A DNA stretch of 64,000 nt from an uncultured Verrucomicrobiae bacterium (GCA_963756875.1 CAVWPA010000003.1:1248001-1312000); one strand, 5' to 3'; shown: positions 50,810 through 61,519, counted from the stretch's first letter. The notes: generated by a model not told the origin, from the sequence alone. Program-made: numbers and translations.

Positions 50810-51319
50810 TCAGATGGCGAACACTTTCGCCTCCGGGCCATCGGGCGTCAGTCGAGCCAGGCGTTCAAAGCGAAATCCAAGTTTCTGGAGAAGCTTCGCC
50901 GATACCTCATTGTCTTGCGACGTGACCGCGAGCAACCGCGACAGCCCAAAGGTTCGTCGTCCGTATTCGATCACCGCCGTGGCAGATTCAAACGCGTACC
51001 CTTTACTCCGGAACGCCGGTAGAAACGCAAACCCGAGATCGACGTGCTCCAGCGAATCACGCTTGATCAGGCCGCACATGCCAATCGGCTCACCGCTTTC
51101 TTTGAGTTCAACCAGGTACAGGCCAAACCCGAAACGGCGATACATCGCCACCGGCCCTTTCCCAATGTAATTGCGAGCGTCATCGATCGTGTACACGCCC
51201 TTGTCACCGATAAAGCGCAACCACGCCGGCTCATTAACCAGGTGAAGTATAAAAGCCGCGTCGGAATCGTCTTCTTCGAGCCAACGTAGCGCAAGCCGCG
51301 CCGTTTCCAGGACTTTCAC
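50810..51319 (-). CDS. GNAT (RimJ/RimL-like) N-acetyltransferase
   Basis: LETARL, GMCGL, DLGFAF...GYAFE and N..S..LLQKLGF. Confidence 0.9.
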   Translation of the reverse strand: MKVLETARLALRWLEEDDSDAAFILHLVNEPAWLRFIGDKGVYTIDDARNYIGKGPVAMYRRFGFGLYLVELKESGEPIGMCGLIKRDSLEHVDLGFAFLPAFRSKGYAFESATAVIEYGRRTFGLSRLLAVTSQDNEVSAKLLQKLGFRFERLARLTPDGPEAKVFAI

Positions 51320-51392
51320 AGTGTCAGAAAGATTTAGAACTCTGCCCTCTGAGTTCGACGTTGAGCGTTTGCTTTAAGTTCCGTATTCCTCC

Positions 51393-51719
51393 CTATGTTC
51401 CTCCGACAACGGCGTAACCCTGGACGCGCAGATCATCAGCGAGATCTTTCTCCATTTGAGCCGCGTGTTCATACGGCATCGGATTCAAATGCTCGTAAAG
51501 CTGCGGCAGAAGTCGAACTCCAAATTTCTTCACCCAAAACGACGACTTATACCCGTCCACATGATTACGAAACCGATCGGCAACCGGTAGACCGGTCATT
51601 CCAACGTACACCGCCGGCTTGGAACGATGCCATTTAGGATTTAGGCGCTTGACCCTGGGATGTTTAACGGCCTCTCGGTCGAGCAAAATCACGTAAACGT
51701 TGTGATGAAATTGATCCAT
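51393..51719 (-). CDS. Small GIY-YIG-like nuclease-fold protein
   Basis: VYVILL...VYVGMT...RFRNH..G...ME. Confidence 0.6.
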   Translation of the reverse strand: MDQFHHNVYVILLDREAVKHPRVKRLNPKWHRSKPAVYVGMTGLPVADRFRNHVDGYKSSFWVKKFGVRLLPQLYEHLNPMPYEHAAQMEKDLADDLRVQGYAVVGGT

Positions 51720-51952
51720 CGGCCGATTACGAAGCAGAACCTCCCCTGAAACGATTGGTTCGGCTATTGGCGTCAGCGATTGTCTCTCCTTGGACGAATT
51801 GTTAGGCGTCCGTGCTATCGACATTTAGGCCCTAACCTGCTGAAGAAAAAGGAACCCGCAAAGATAGAGCATGCCCTCCGATCTGCTGCCCGCTCCGCAA
51901 TCCGCAGTTCGAGAATTTCGACGGCGACGCTGCCGGGTTAATCCGTTTTCGT

Positions 51953-52375
51953 TCAGGGGCTCTCTGTCGCGAGAGGATGGAAGGTCAGGAGCAGATCCTT
52001 CGCGGTCACTTTGCCGTCGCCAGGCAGGATCGGTTCGTCCTGTAACACTGTCGACCACGCTCGCGGCAAGCTCCACGTGTCGGAGACACGCTCGAATCCC
52101 ATCGTCCATTGCGGAAACGAGCGCTCCTCGACTTCTTCGGTCAGTAGCACTTTGATGTCGTGATGCCTCGGGTCGCGCTGGATGACGTCGAAACAGGCAC
52201 GGACTGCTTCTTCGGGCCCTTCGAGCAGCTGCAGGAATTGGTTTTTATGAAAGACAAGCATGCCGGTGATGGCGCGTGCTGCGTTTTTGGTGCGCGACTT
52301 TTCCACCAACCCGAAAAGATCATTCGGCCAAAACTCCTGGCTGGCCGTGCTACGGTAGAGGAGTTGAAAGATCAT
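51953..52375 (-). CDS. Stand-alone BLUF blue-light sensor protein
   Basis: LLYRS, SRTKN...ITGML, FLQLLEG, DPRH and RSFPQWTM (conserved Tyr/Gln/Met). Confidence 0.92.
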   Translation of the reverse strand: MIFQLLYRSTASQEFWPNDLFGLVEKSRTKNAARAITGMLVFHKNQFLQLLEGPEEAVRACFDVIQRDPRHHDIKVLLTEEVEERSFPQWTMGFERVSDTWSLPRAWSTVLQDEPILPGDGKVTAKDLLLTFHPLATESP

Positions 52376-52682
52376 GCCACAATTGAAGCACCACCCATGC
52401 CGGGTCCGCGGCCTGTTTGGTTTCCAGCCCCCCTAACTTCCCGCGCATCTCGCGCAGCTTATTCAAAAAGCTTTGGGAACGGAATTTGGGGTGAAGTCAT
52501 AATGGTTTCCCGCCTGAAGTCTCCGATTTGTTCCGGCAGGCACGACTGTTTCGCGGCCGGAGCTTCTTGGGGATGGCGATAATCGAGCAGCCGCGGAAAG
52601 GCAGTCCGGCTTCTTTCGGCCCTTTCAGGGTCCAAGCTATGCTCTATCTCGAGAGAACAGTGGTGGCAAACGAGTTACTTCG

Positions 52683-53054
52683 GTGAAAAAGAAACTGCGA
52701 ATCTTGGGGGTCGACGACGAGCCATTCATTGGCGAATCGATCGCGTGTGTCCTGGAAGCCCCGCATCGGAAGATCGTTATCGCCAAAGACGGGCGGGAGG
52801 CGCTTGCCCTGGCGACGAAAGAGAAGTTCGACGTCGTGATTACGGACCATCGGATGCCTCGATCCGGCGGGCTGGAGTTGGTGAAAAAACTTCGGGCGCG
52901 CAACTACGCCGGCAAAATCGTGGTCCTCTCAGGTCATCTTTCGCCGGAAAACATCGGCCCTTACGAGGAACTGGCCGTGGACGAAGTCGTTGGCAAACCG
53001 ATCGATTCGACCGAGCTCCGCGGAATCATCGCCGATCTCGAAGACGAAGTGTAG
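52683..53054 (+). CDS. Single-domain response regulator
   Basis: ILGVDDE, DVVITDHRMP and KP motifs. Confidence 0.88.
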   Translation: MKKKLRILGVDDEPFIGESIACVLEAPHRKIVIAKDGREALALATKEKFDVVITDHRMPRSGGLELVKKLRARNYAGKIVVLSGHLSPENIGPYEELAVDEVVGKPIDSTELRGIIADLEDEV

Positions 53055-53424
53055 AGGCGATTGTTCCGGAATCATAAGCCGCTTACGATGCGCGCTTTCA
53101 AGCGTCAGCCGTCGCCACATCTTTGGGACAGAAGGGCGCCAACCGCTTGACAGGCTGATCAAAAAGCGTCCTCGATTCTCAGTGTCGGTGGCCACGTTCG
53201 GCCTGAATGCGCTTGAGCAGCTCGATGTGAGTTCGTTCGAGCTCATTGGCAAACTCGACAGTGGCTTGCAGAGCTTCGGGATATCCGGCGGCGTTGCTTG
53301 CTTCTTCCAGACCGCAACGGGCATGCTCGTCGCTCGCGTCTTGCCATCCGCCCTAAATTGCTCTTGCGCGGCCAACCCCATTTATGAGATGGCTTCTAAC
53401 TAAACAAAAGCCCGGTCCGCATTT

Positions 53425-54069
53425 TTGAAGAAACATCAAGGAAAAGGAATCCTTCGGCACCGCTTTGTGATCGGTGTCGCGCTTTTTGGTGTCGCAATCG
53501 GCATTTCGAGCACATTCGCCGGAGATGCGGTGTCACCCGACAAACAATGGGAATACCGGTGCGCTGACGGTCACTGGCCGGAAATCGTTAGGGCAGGCAC
53601 GACGCAAGTGGTGTTGGATCTTTCCACGCAGCTGGACGTGCCGCATGGGAACGACGCGGAGATCGTCTGGGCGCCGGACTCGAAACGGTTTGCTTTCAAT
53701 TACAGCCCGCCGCACGCGCCTCACACCAGCTACGAAACGATCGCGTTTTATGAGTTGCGCGGCGACAAATGGGTGGCGTTGTCTTTGCCCGTGGACGAGA
53801 CATCGGAGCGCGCGCAGTTGGCGCAGTTGGCCAAAAAGCAATTGCCGAAAAACGCTTACCCGCCTGGTGCCGACATAATTCGCGACATCTTGAAGGTGCG
53901 CAAATGGACGGACGCGAATACCGCGGTCCTCTATGCTCATGCTGCCTGGGAAGGAAGCGAATCGCGCAGCCCGGAAGCGAGTTTTCTTTTCACATTAAAG
54001 TTCGATGCGGAAGGCAACCCGAAGATCATCAAAACTCAACGCGTGCCGGACAACAGCGCAAAAGACTAG
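53425..54069 (+). CDS. Secreted hypothetical protein
   Basis: Signal-like N-terminus, SPDKQW and WAPDSKRFAFN. Confidence 0.6.
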   Translation: MKKHQGKGILRHRFVIGVALFGVAIGISSTFAGDAVSPDKQWEYRCADGHWPEIVRAGTTQVVLDLSTQLDVPHGNDAEIVWAPDSKRFAFNYSPPHAPHTSYETIAFYELRGDKWVALSLPVDETSERAQLAQLAKKQLPKNAYPPGADIIRDILKVRKWTDANTAVLYAHAAWEGSESRSPEASFLFTLKFDAEGNPKIIKTQRVPDNSAKD

Positions 54070-54105
54070 CCCGCCGCTTCAGTTCGGCGAAGAAGTTGTC
54101 GATCT

Positions 54106-56379
54106 TCACTGTTTTGGGCCAAAGACTTTCTGCACCAGCGTCTGGAAGCGCGGCTCGTTGCGCACGCTGTCGTAAATTTGGTCGATCTTCAGATACCAAC
54201 AGGCGCTATCCTGCTGCTCATAGGCCCTTTCCAGCCAATCCAACGTTTTCTCCTTTTCGCCAAGTCCCAGATAGATCGTCGCGAACGCTGTCGGACTGAC
54301 GTATTGCTGTTTCGCAAGATCTTCGAGTTCGCCCAACGCTTGCTCGGCTTTCGCTCGATCTCCGGAGATGGCATAAGCGTAGCCGAGGTACCCTTGGTAC
54401 CAAGCACCGGGATTCGGCGTTTTAGCTTTTTGCAATTCCACGATCGCGTCGGCCGCGTCGCCCTTTTTAAGGAAAGAGAGGCCTATCAAAACGTGGTTGA
54501 TCGTTGAATTCGGATCCATTTCCAGCGTCTTTCTGGCCTGCGCGATCGCATCGTCGTATCGGCCCGCCCAATACTGGTAAAAACTCAGACTCATTTGAAA
54601 AAACGGATTCAGCGGATCGAGTTCGATCGCTTTCCTGGTCTTCGAGATCGCCTCGTCGAATCTGCCAAGTCCATTCACAGTCCAGGCTTGTGTCTCGTAG
54701 GCGAATGCCAGATTTGGATTTAGTTTGAGCGCACGATCGAATTCTTTCAGGCCGTTTCGCCAGTCGTAAGCGGCGACGAGTGCAAGCGCTAGCGACATAT
54801 GCGCTTCCGCCAGTTCCGGATCGAGCGCCAGCGCCTTCTGCGCAAATTCTTTTTCCTTTCCGATAGCTTCTCTCTCCGGCATCACCACGCTTCCCATGTA
54901 CGCGTAGTTGTCAGCCAGTCCGCAGTAGGCTAACGCGTAATTCGGATCCAGTCTCAGCGCCTGCTCGTAATAACGGATCGCATTATTCCAGCCAGCCTGC
55001 GTGTACTTGGCGAACTCGTAGCGCCCCAGCAGATAAAGCCGGTGCGCTTCCGGATTGTCGGTCGGCTTCTTCGTCAAAAGGCGCGTCTCTTGGACACCTA
55101 ATTTCCCCTGCAACGCCTTCACTACCTGTTCGGCCACGTTGCTCTCGAAGTTGAGAATGTCCTTCATATCGCCGTCATAATCCTTCGACCAGAGATGGTA
55201 GCCGTCGGCGACGTTGATCAGCTGTGCGGTGACGCGAAGCTTGTTGCCGGCTTTGCGAACGCTTCCTTCCAGCACCGTATTGACATGCAACTCGTCGCCG
55301 ACTTTTCGGAAAATGTCCTCTCCCGTTTTGCCCTTGAAAGCGAAACAAGATGTTCGTCCCGGCACGCGCAGCCCTGGCACCGTGGCCAGTGCGTTAATCA
55401 GTTCCTCCGTCATGCCGTCACTCAAATATTCGTCGTTCTTGTCTCCGCTCATGTTTACGAAAGGCAGGACGGCGACGCTCTTCTCCGGGATCGCCGAATC
55501 GGTAGGGGACGGCTCGGGTGCGGCGGTTTTCTTGTCGGAAAGATCTTTCTTTAATTCCTGGGTGATTTTCTTGGCGACTTCGCTCTTAATAGTATCGACT
55601 AACGAAGGGGACCCGGTGGCGGTCGGTTGAGGTACTGTCGCTGATCGGCGTTGGCCGAGCGTGCGCACAATCGCGGGAGCGAAAATCACCGACACGATGG
55701 CAAGCGCGATCAGCAAGACGGCGACAATGAAGATCGCCCGGGCGAGCGGAGAGAGGGCTTTGTGCGTCCCGGCTTTAGAGCGGGGGATGCTGCGACGCGC
55801 TTTCCCGATTCGCGTCGGTGGCGCGGGATTGCCAATTGTCTCGGCATAAAGATTAACCAACGAGACAACAAGTCCGTGTTTCATTTCCACGTCGCCCAGT
55901 TCGTGAAGATACGGCTGCCAACGACGCTGTTGTGCGAGATCGTCACCCACGCGTTTACTAATGAGAATGTGGCCGGCGTCGCCGCAATCCATCACTCGTT
56001 GCGCGATATTGATCCCTACGCCGGCAATGTTTTCCCGCTCGTTTGCGTCCTTCACGTGATGGACCGGGCCGCTGTGGATTCCTATTCTCACCGGCAGGCT
56101 CGGCTGCGCGCGCAAAGCGTGGCTGATTTCCAGGGCGCATTCAACCGGCTCCTCCACGGATCCGCTGAAAACCAGCGCCATGCCATCGCCGGTCGGCAAA
56201 ATCGTAAGTGTCCCCGCAGTCTCGGCCTCGTGGACCGCCTCGGTGTTGCGCACAATCTGATTCAACTCCTGAAGCGCTTCCGATTGTTCGTCGGTCAGGA
56301 GCTTGGAATACCCGACGATGTCCATGAAGAGCACGTGCGCGATCTCCAAACGCAGCTTGGTCTTATCGTCCTCTGCCAT
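54106..56379 (-). CDS. Class III adenylate/guanylate cyclase-like + TM + TolB-N + TPR protein
   Basis: LFMDIVGYS, TGDG, RIGIHSG, GINIAQR, KSVAVLPFVNMS, LEGSVR and TPR repeats. Confidence 0.88.
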   Translation of the reverse strand: MAEDDKTKLRLEIAHVLFMDIVGYSKLLTDEQSEALQELNQIVRNTEAVHEAETAGTLTILPTGDGMALVFSGSVEEPVECALEISHALRAQPSLPVRIGIHSGPVHHVKDANERENIAGVGINIAQRVMDCGDAGHILISKRVGDDLAQQRRWQPYLHELGDVEMKHGLVVSLVNLYAETIGNPAPPTRIGKARRSIPRSKAGTHKALSPLARAIFIVAVLLIALAIVSVIFAPAIVRTLGQRRSATVPQPTATGSPSLVDTIKSEVAKKITQELKKDLSDKKTAAPEPSPTDSAIPEKSVAVLPFVNMSGDKNDEYLSDGMTEELINALATVPGLRVPGRTSCFAFKGKTGEDIFRKVGDELHVNTVLEGSVRKAGNKLRVTAQLINVADGYHLWSKDYDGDMKDILNFESNVAEQVVKALQGKLGVQETRLLTKKPTDNPEAHRLYLLGRYEFAKYTQAGWNNAIRYYEQALRLDPNYALAYCGLADNYAYMGSVVMPEREAIGKEKEFAQKALALDPELAEAHMSLALALVAAYDWRNGLKEFDRALKLNPNLAFAYETQAWTVNGLGRFDEAISKTRKAIELDPLNPFFQMSLSFYQYWAGRYDDAIAQARKTLEMDPNSTINHVLIGLSFLKKGDAADAIVELQKAKTPNPGAWYQGYLGYAYAISGDRAKAEQALGELEDLAKQQYVSPTAFATIYLGLGEKEKTLDWLERAYEQQDSACWYLKIDQIYDSVRNEPRFQTLVQKVFGPKQ

Positions 56380-56768
56380 GAGCCTCTGAATTTAGGCGTT
56401 TGCCCCGGCAACAACTACAACATTCTTTCGGCGCGTTCCAGCCGCAGCGCTGGATCGGTTCGCCGGGCGTATCGAAGTAGCGATCTGGAGCCTGTCAAAG
56501 CGGAGCGTAACAAGTGGTTCGCAGCGAGTGCCGGGAGCGGTTCGATCACGGATCGCCAATCGAACTGATGACCGAGCTCCCTATCGATTGCCTAACAAGT
56601 AATTTTTGTAATACAAAAATCCCGAAGCCTGCGGGGTCCGGTACTCCCGGCAGCTGTCGGAGCATTTGCGGCTTTTGTTCAACCGAAACGGAAAATCTAA
56701 AAAGGTGATTTCTTCTGGGTCGCGTGCCGCGCCATAGTTGCAGTAATGAGCAGGCATTGTGGCGATGG

Positions 56769-57353
56769 TCAGTGCCCGCGCTTCTTTAGAGCCTTCTCGA
56801 TTCGAGGATCGGGAATCAACCACAAGAGCGCGGCGAACACATACAGTGCGCTGGCGATCCAGGAGCTCACAAACGCGAGCGGGATCCCGGCGAGGTAGAG
56901 CGCGAGAGAAAGTTTGGCTTTCCAATCTTTGCCAACAGCCAGCTCGAGAAACGATTCGCGGCCTTGTTTGGCGATGATGGCGCGCTCGAGAATATAGTAG
57001 GCAAGCCCCGCCATCAGCAATACGAAGCCGTAAATAGCGGTCGGGATCGCAGCAAGGTGATTTTCACCCATCCACGCCGTAGTGAATGGGAAGAGCGACA
57101 ACCAGAACAGGAGATGAAGGTTGGCCCAGAGAATCCCGCCGCTGACCTGCTCAGTCGCCTGGAACAAGTGATGATGATTGTTCCAATAGATGCCGAGGTA
57201 TATGAAACTTAGGACGTAGCTCAACAATACCGGCAAGACCGGCTTCAACGCGGCAAGTTCAACCGCATGTGGCACCTTCAATTCCAGCACCATAATCGTG
57301 ATGATGATGGCAACGACACCGTCGCTGAAGGCTTCGAGTCGGGTTGTTTTCAT
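56769..57353 (-). CDS. TMEM175 family potassium channel
   Basis: RLEAFSDGVVAIIITIMVLE and YWNNHHH motifs. Confidence 0.92.
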   Translation of the reverse strand: MKTTRLEAFSDGVVAIIITIMVLELKVPHAVELAALKPVLPVLLSYVLSFIYLGIYWNNHHHLFQATEQVSGGILWANLHLLFWLSLFPFTTAWMGENHLAAIPTAIYGFVLLMAGLAYYILERAIIAKQGRESFLELAVGKDWKAKLSLALYLAGIPLAFVSSWIASALYVFAALLWLIPDPRIEKALKKRGH

Positions 57354-57397
57354 TTTCGCACGCCTGACTGCCGATTCATTTAAGGCTACAATGCAAA

Positions 57398-58579
57398 TCA
57401 AGCCGCGCTGGGGCGGTCGTGTTTTGGAATCAGAACAATGAGTCCAATGCTACCGGCGAAAGCGAACGCTGCTCCATAATAGAACACAGCGGCGTGGCCT
57501 ACTCGGTCCCAAAGCACTCCGGCTACGACGCTCGCCACCAGTTCCAACAACCCGACGGTGCTGCTGTACCATCCGACTCCGCTTGCGCGTAAATTTTCGG
57601 GAACAAAATCTGATGCGAATGCTTTTCCGACTGCCCGGAATATTCCCTGATATAGACCGTAGAAGATAAACAGTGCAGCGAAAAATAGGACAGTCTGTGC
57701 ATGCGCAAAGCCAATATAGGCGAACATAAAAATGATAAACGAGGCGAGCAGGACATTTTTTCTTCCCAATTTGTCGGAGAAGGAGCCTGCGGGATAGGAA
57801 ATGAGTGCCGCGGCAAGGTTAAACAGAGCATACATCAAAATCGTCGTCTCCAAGGGGGCGCCAATATCCTGTGTCCGCAAAATCAAAAATGAATTGCTGG
57901 AATTGCCCAATCCGAAAAGAGCGATCACCGAAAGGTATTTCCAATACCCGCTCGGGAATTGGCGCAGGCTCACATCCATCTTTGATTTTACCGTCACTGC
58001 TGCGCGGCGCTCCGTTACGAGCAGAACCATGACAAAGGCGAGCAAGCCGGGAATGAGCGCTAGATAGAAAATAGCGCGCATTCCAACATGCAACGAATAC
58101 AGAAGAAAGATCGCGAAGAGCGGCCCGACGAAAGCGCCGGTGTTATCGCCAATACCTTCAAGTCCAAAGGCTTTTCCCCGCACGTTTTCGTTCACCGAAG
58201 ATGCAATGAGTGCATCGCGCGGAGGCGACCGTGTCCCAGCGCCTACTCGGTCCAGCAACCGTGCACCGAAGACGCCCTGCCAGACCGTCGAAATACCCAT
58301 CAAAGGCTTGCCTATTGCCGCCGCGAGATAACCGGCCAGCGCGATACCTTTCCTTTTTTGCAACCTGTCGGAAAGTGCGCCGGAGAAGCCCTGCACAATG
58401 TTCTGCGCTGCTTGGGCAAAACCCTCTACCAACCCGACGATACTGCCGCTCGCCTTCAACGTTCGGGTCAGAAATACCGGCAAAACCGGATAGAGCATTT
58501 CCGTAGAGGTATCGGCAAAGAAACTCGCCGCGGCGAGCAGGAACGAATTCCTCGAGAGCCCGGCGAAGTATCGCTTCAT
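57398..58579 (-). CDS. MFS transporter
   Basis: GALSDRL, DRVGAGTRSPPRDAL and GSFSDKLGRK; about 12 TM segments. Confidence 0.9.
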   Translation of the reverse strand: MKRYFAGLSRNSFLLAAASFFADTSTEMLYPVLPVFLTRTLKASGSIVGLVEGFAQAAQNIVQGFSGALSDRLQKRKGIALAGYLAAAIGKPLMGISTVWQGVFGARLLDRVGAGTRSPPRDALIASSVNENVRGKAFGLEGIGDNTGAFVGPLFAIFLLYSLHVGMRAIFYLALIPGLLAFVMVLLVTERRAAVTVKSKMDVSLRQFPSGYWKYLSVIALFGLGNSSNSFLILRTQDIGAPLETTILMYALFNLAAALISYPAGSFSDKLGRKNVLLASFIIFMFAYIGFAHAQTVLFFAALFIFYGLYQGIFRAVGKAFASDFVPENLRASGVGWYSSTVGLLELVASVVAGVLWDRVGHAAVFYYGAAFAFAGSIGLIVLIPKHDRPSAA

Positions 58580-59186
58580 GCTTCGCTAGTCCTCTAGTTT
58601 AAACGTAGACGCTGTTACGTGCGGCCTGGTATCGTTCCAAATCCAATCCCGAATCTCAGGCGGATCCGATACCGAAACAAGCTTGGGAAGGTGAACAGTC
58701 ATGGACGTTGAGTATCTGCAGTAAATGGAAGAAGAGCCCAGGTTCAGATCTACACTTCGTTGAAGTTCCGGCCTATAATGCATGAGCTAACATGGGAATA
58801 TTTCTCCGCCGCTCTTCCCGAACCACTCAACATTCGATTGTTTCAGAATGCTGTGTCGCCGATTTTCAGGAGCTTTGTTTCCGTTGATTGTCACTGAGAA
58901 GAGATTTTTTGAAAAGGAGTTTCTAACAAGGCTGCGGCGCGACAGCTCAACGTTTTGCCTTGTAAAGCTCGATGTCCGTAGCTGATTCGTTAGGGATTAA
59001 ATGTGATACAAAATCCTCGGAGCCTACGGAGACAGACTCAAGCAGAGACGATTACGAGCAGGATTCCCGTGACACCCGGAGCCTACTGATACCTTTTTGA
59101 CACCAGCAGCTTTTGGCTTTGCAGCGGCGTGTTCCGCATCGTTTCGTCTCGACATTTCGTTCGATTTGCGTATAAAGGCGCCGGTC

Positions 59187-59993
59187 ATGATGGTCAGGCG
59201 TTTTGTCGGGATAATCGTTTTCGCATTTTTGTTTTCTTCCGCTCGCGCGGCTTCAAATGCATTCGATAGTGCTGCTGACCCGACGTACGCGAGCGGCTGG
59301 ACCGATGGCAGCAATGGTGGGTTTGGGTTTGGACCGTGGTCGATCACGGCGAATCCGCCGGGCACCACTTCGGCGGGAACTTTTCTTGGAGATTCGACGA
59401 CGCTGGCGCCTGGAAACACCGGCGGCAATATCAATACCGCCGGCGTTTCGTTCGGACTCTTCGGCTACGACAATGCATACGTGAATGCAATTCGCGCCTT
59501 CAACGCTCCTCTTTCGGTTGGGCAGACCTTCTCCATGCAGATCGCGGTCAATTACCGGAATGGAAACAAAGGGTTCGACGTGACGGACCCGAGCGGTAAC
59601 AACATCTTCGATTTAAACATCGGGGGCGATGACTACAGCGTGAACGATACCGGTGGAGGGACGACCAACTTGTTTAATATGGCTTACGATCCGAACACTG
59701 TTTTCACTGTTTACATCACACAAACAAGCGCCACAGAAGGCTCATGGACGATAGTTCGAAGCGGCGGAATGAGTGGAACTGCGTCATCGGGAGGATTTCC
59801 ATACCAGGGAGTCGCCGCGGGAATTAACATTTACAATGTGCAAACTGTCGACGGCAACTTGGCCCAAGACTACCTGTTTGTGAACAATATGCAGATCGTC
59901 CCCGAGCCGTCGACCTTCGCCTTGCTCGGTGGCTCCGTTCTCCTCGGAGCGTTACTCCACGTCCGTCGCCGTCGATCCGCTCAAATCCGCTAA
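59187..59993 (+). CDS. PEP-CTERM sorting domain protein
   Basis: Signal peptide; C-terminal VPEPST + TM + RRRR. Confidence 0.9.
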   Translation: MMVRRFVGIIVFAFLFSSARAASNAFDSAADPTYASGWTDGSNGGFGFGPWSITANPPGTTSAGTFLGDSTTLAPGNTGGNINTAGVSFGLFGYDNAYVNAIRAFNAPLSVGQTFSMQIAVNYRNGNKGFDVTDPSGNNIFDLNIGGDDYSVNDTGGGTTNLFNMAYDPNTVFTVYITQTSATEGSWTIVRSGGMSGTASSGGFPYQGVAAGINIYNVQTVDGNLAQDYLFVNNMQIVPEPSTFALLGGSVLLGALLHVRRRRSAQIR

Positions 59994-60296
59994 AGTTTTA
60001 CAGGTGGCTAAAACTGGTAATCACTATTCACGTCTTGCCGTGAGGCCAGGTTACGGACCCTTGGTTTTGACCAAAACCAAGTCGCCGGCTGCCCTAGGCG
60101 GATCGTAAAAAACTGACCGCCTCCCGAAATTCCAGATTCGGTGCCTGGCCTCCCTCCCGAGCACGTCCCCGTCCAGCCGTAAAGTTGGCTCCCGCCAACG
60201 CCGCCGTAAAGTTCGCGCCTGCGAACCGTTGACCTCCGACCTCCGTTTTCTGAGCTTACACTTGTAAACTCGATGAACCTGAGACAAAGATGATTT

Positions 60297-60617
60297 ATGG
60301 CACATGTCGTTACCAATAAGTGTGTGGGGTGCAAATACACCGATTGCGTGTTGGTCTGTCCCGTGGCCTGCTTTTACGAGATGGAGAAGCAACTGGTCAT
60401 TCACCCGGAGGAATGCATCGATTGCATGGCTTGCGTGGATGAATGTCCGGTGCACGCCATCTACGCCGAGGGGGACGTACCGCCGGAGTTTCAGGCGGAC
60501 ATTGCGTTCAACGCGACGGAGGGCAGACGGATACAAGAGTCGGGGCAGGCTGCCATCGAGACGAAAAAGGATCCCTTGCCGACCGCCGCCCAAAGAAAAG
60601 CGGAATTGGGATACTAG
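60297..60617 (+). CDS. Ferredoxin (FdxA-like, 7Fe type)
   Basis: [18 protein letters not shown] and [12 protein letters not shown] motifs. Confidence 0.92.
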   Translation: MAHVVTNKCVGCKYTDCVLVCPVACFYEMEKQLVIHPEECIDCMACVDECPVHAIYAEGDVPPEFQADIAFNATEGRRIQESGQAAIETKKDPLPTAAQRKAELGY

Positions 60618-60873
60618 AAGGAAGAAGAACGCTTTCGCTTTAGCTGAGAGAACCCCGAAGAAGTTCGGGGTCGAGAGCTTTTTGGAATTTGTAGCTTGGA
60701 GCTTCCCTGGTGCTTGGGGTTTGGAATTTGGTGCTTCTAATTCCCCTTCGCTCTTACCCCTTACCTCTTCGCCTACGCTCCGCAATCCAGCATCTAGTAT
60801 CCGGTATCCAGCAGCGTCCCCACTTCGCGCTCCGCCTGCTCCGGCCCGCGTCCTGCTAATTCAATGCGGGAAC

Positions 60874-61272
60874 ATGACCCATCCCTTACAGATCCTGGTT
60901 GTCGAGGATGAAAAAGCCCTCGCGCACATGATTGCAATGGTGCTTGGAGGTCCAACGGCCAAGGTGGTTAAGGCGAGGAACGGCTGGGAGGCACTCATCA
61001 GGATCGGCGTTGCGCCCCGGCCCTTTGACGTGGTTATCACCGACCATCGCATGCCGCGCATGACGGGCCTCCAATTGGTGCGCCGTCTAAGGGCGCAAAA
61101 CTTTGCCGGCAAGATTCTTGTTCTGTCAGGTTACCTGTCGGACGAGGACATTTCCGCTTACGAAGAGCTGCGTGTGGACATGATGATGTCCAAGCCGTTC
61201 GACTTTGACGAGCTGCAACAAGCGATGGCCGTTCTGGACAAGAAACCATCGGTGCTCGCTGGAGCAGCCTGA
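60874..61272 (+). CDS. Single-domain response regulator
   Basis: ILVVEDE, DVVITDHRMP and KPF; ATG at 60874. Confidence 0.88.
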   Translation: MTHPLQILVVEDEKALAHMIAMVLGGPTAKVVKARNGWEALIRIGVAPRPFDVVITDHRMPRMTGLQLVRRLRAQNFAGKILVLSGYLSDEDISAYEELRVDMMMSKPFDFDELQQAMAVLDKKPSVLAGAA

Positions 61273-61519
61273 TTGTCAGTCCGGTCGAAGACTCGCCATG
61301 GACCGCTCGGACTTGTAGCCGCTGCCGTCGGCTGCGGCATTGTTCCCGGTATTATCTCCCAAACTTGACTGCTTAAAGCAGTCAAGTTCGAAGAACGCTG
61401 GCTAACAGCCGGCACCAGCACGCGGGCCGCGCGCGAATACGAAACGAGATTAGAAGCCGCAACTTTTTGCTCGCTTTAGCAGTCCAATTCGGGTTTTCTG
61501 GATCCGGAGGATTCGGCGT

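Noticed and set aside
58586..59150. Gene or riboswitch in the AT-richer gap between the MFS and PEP-CTERM genes
   Set aside because: No convincing ORF or known RNA motif could be identified by eye.
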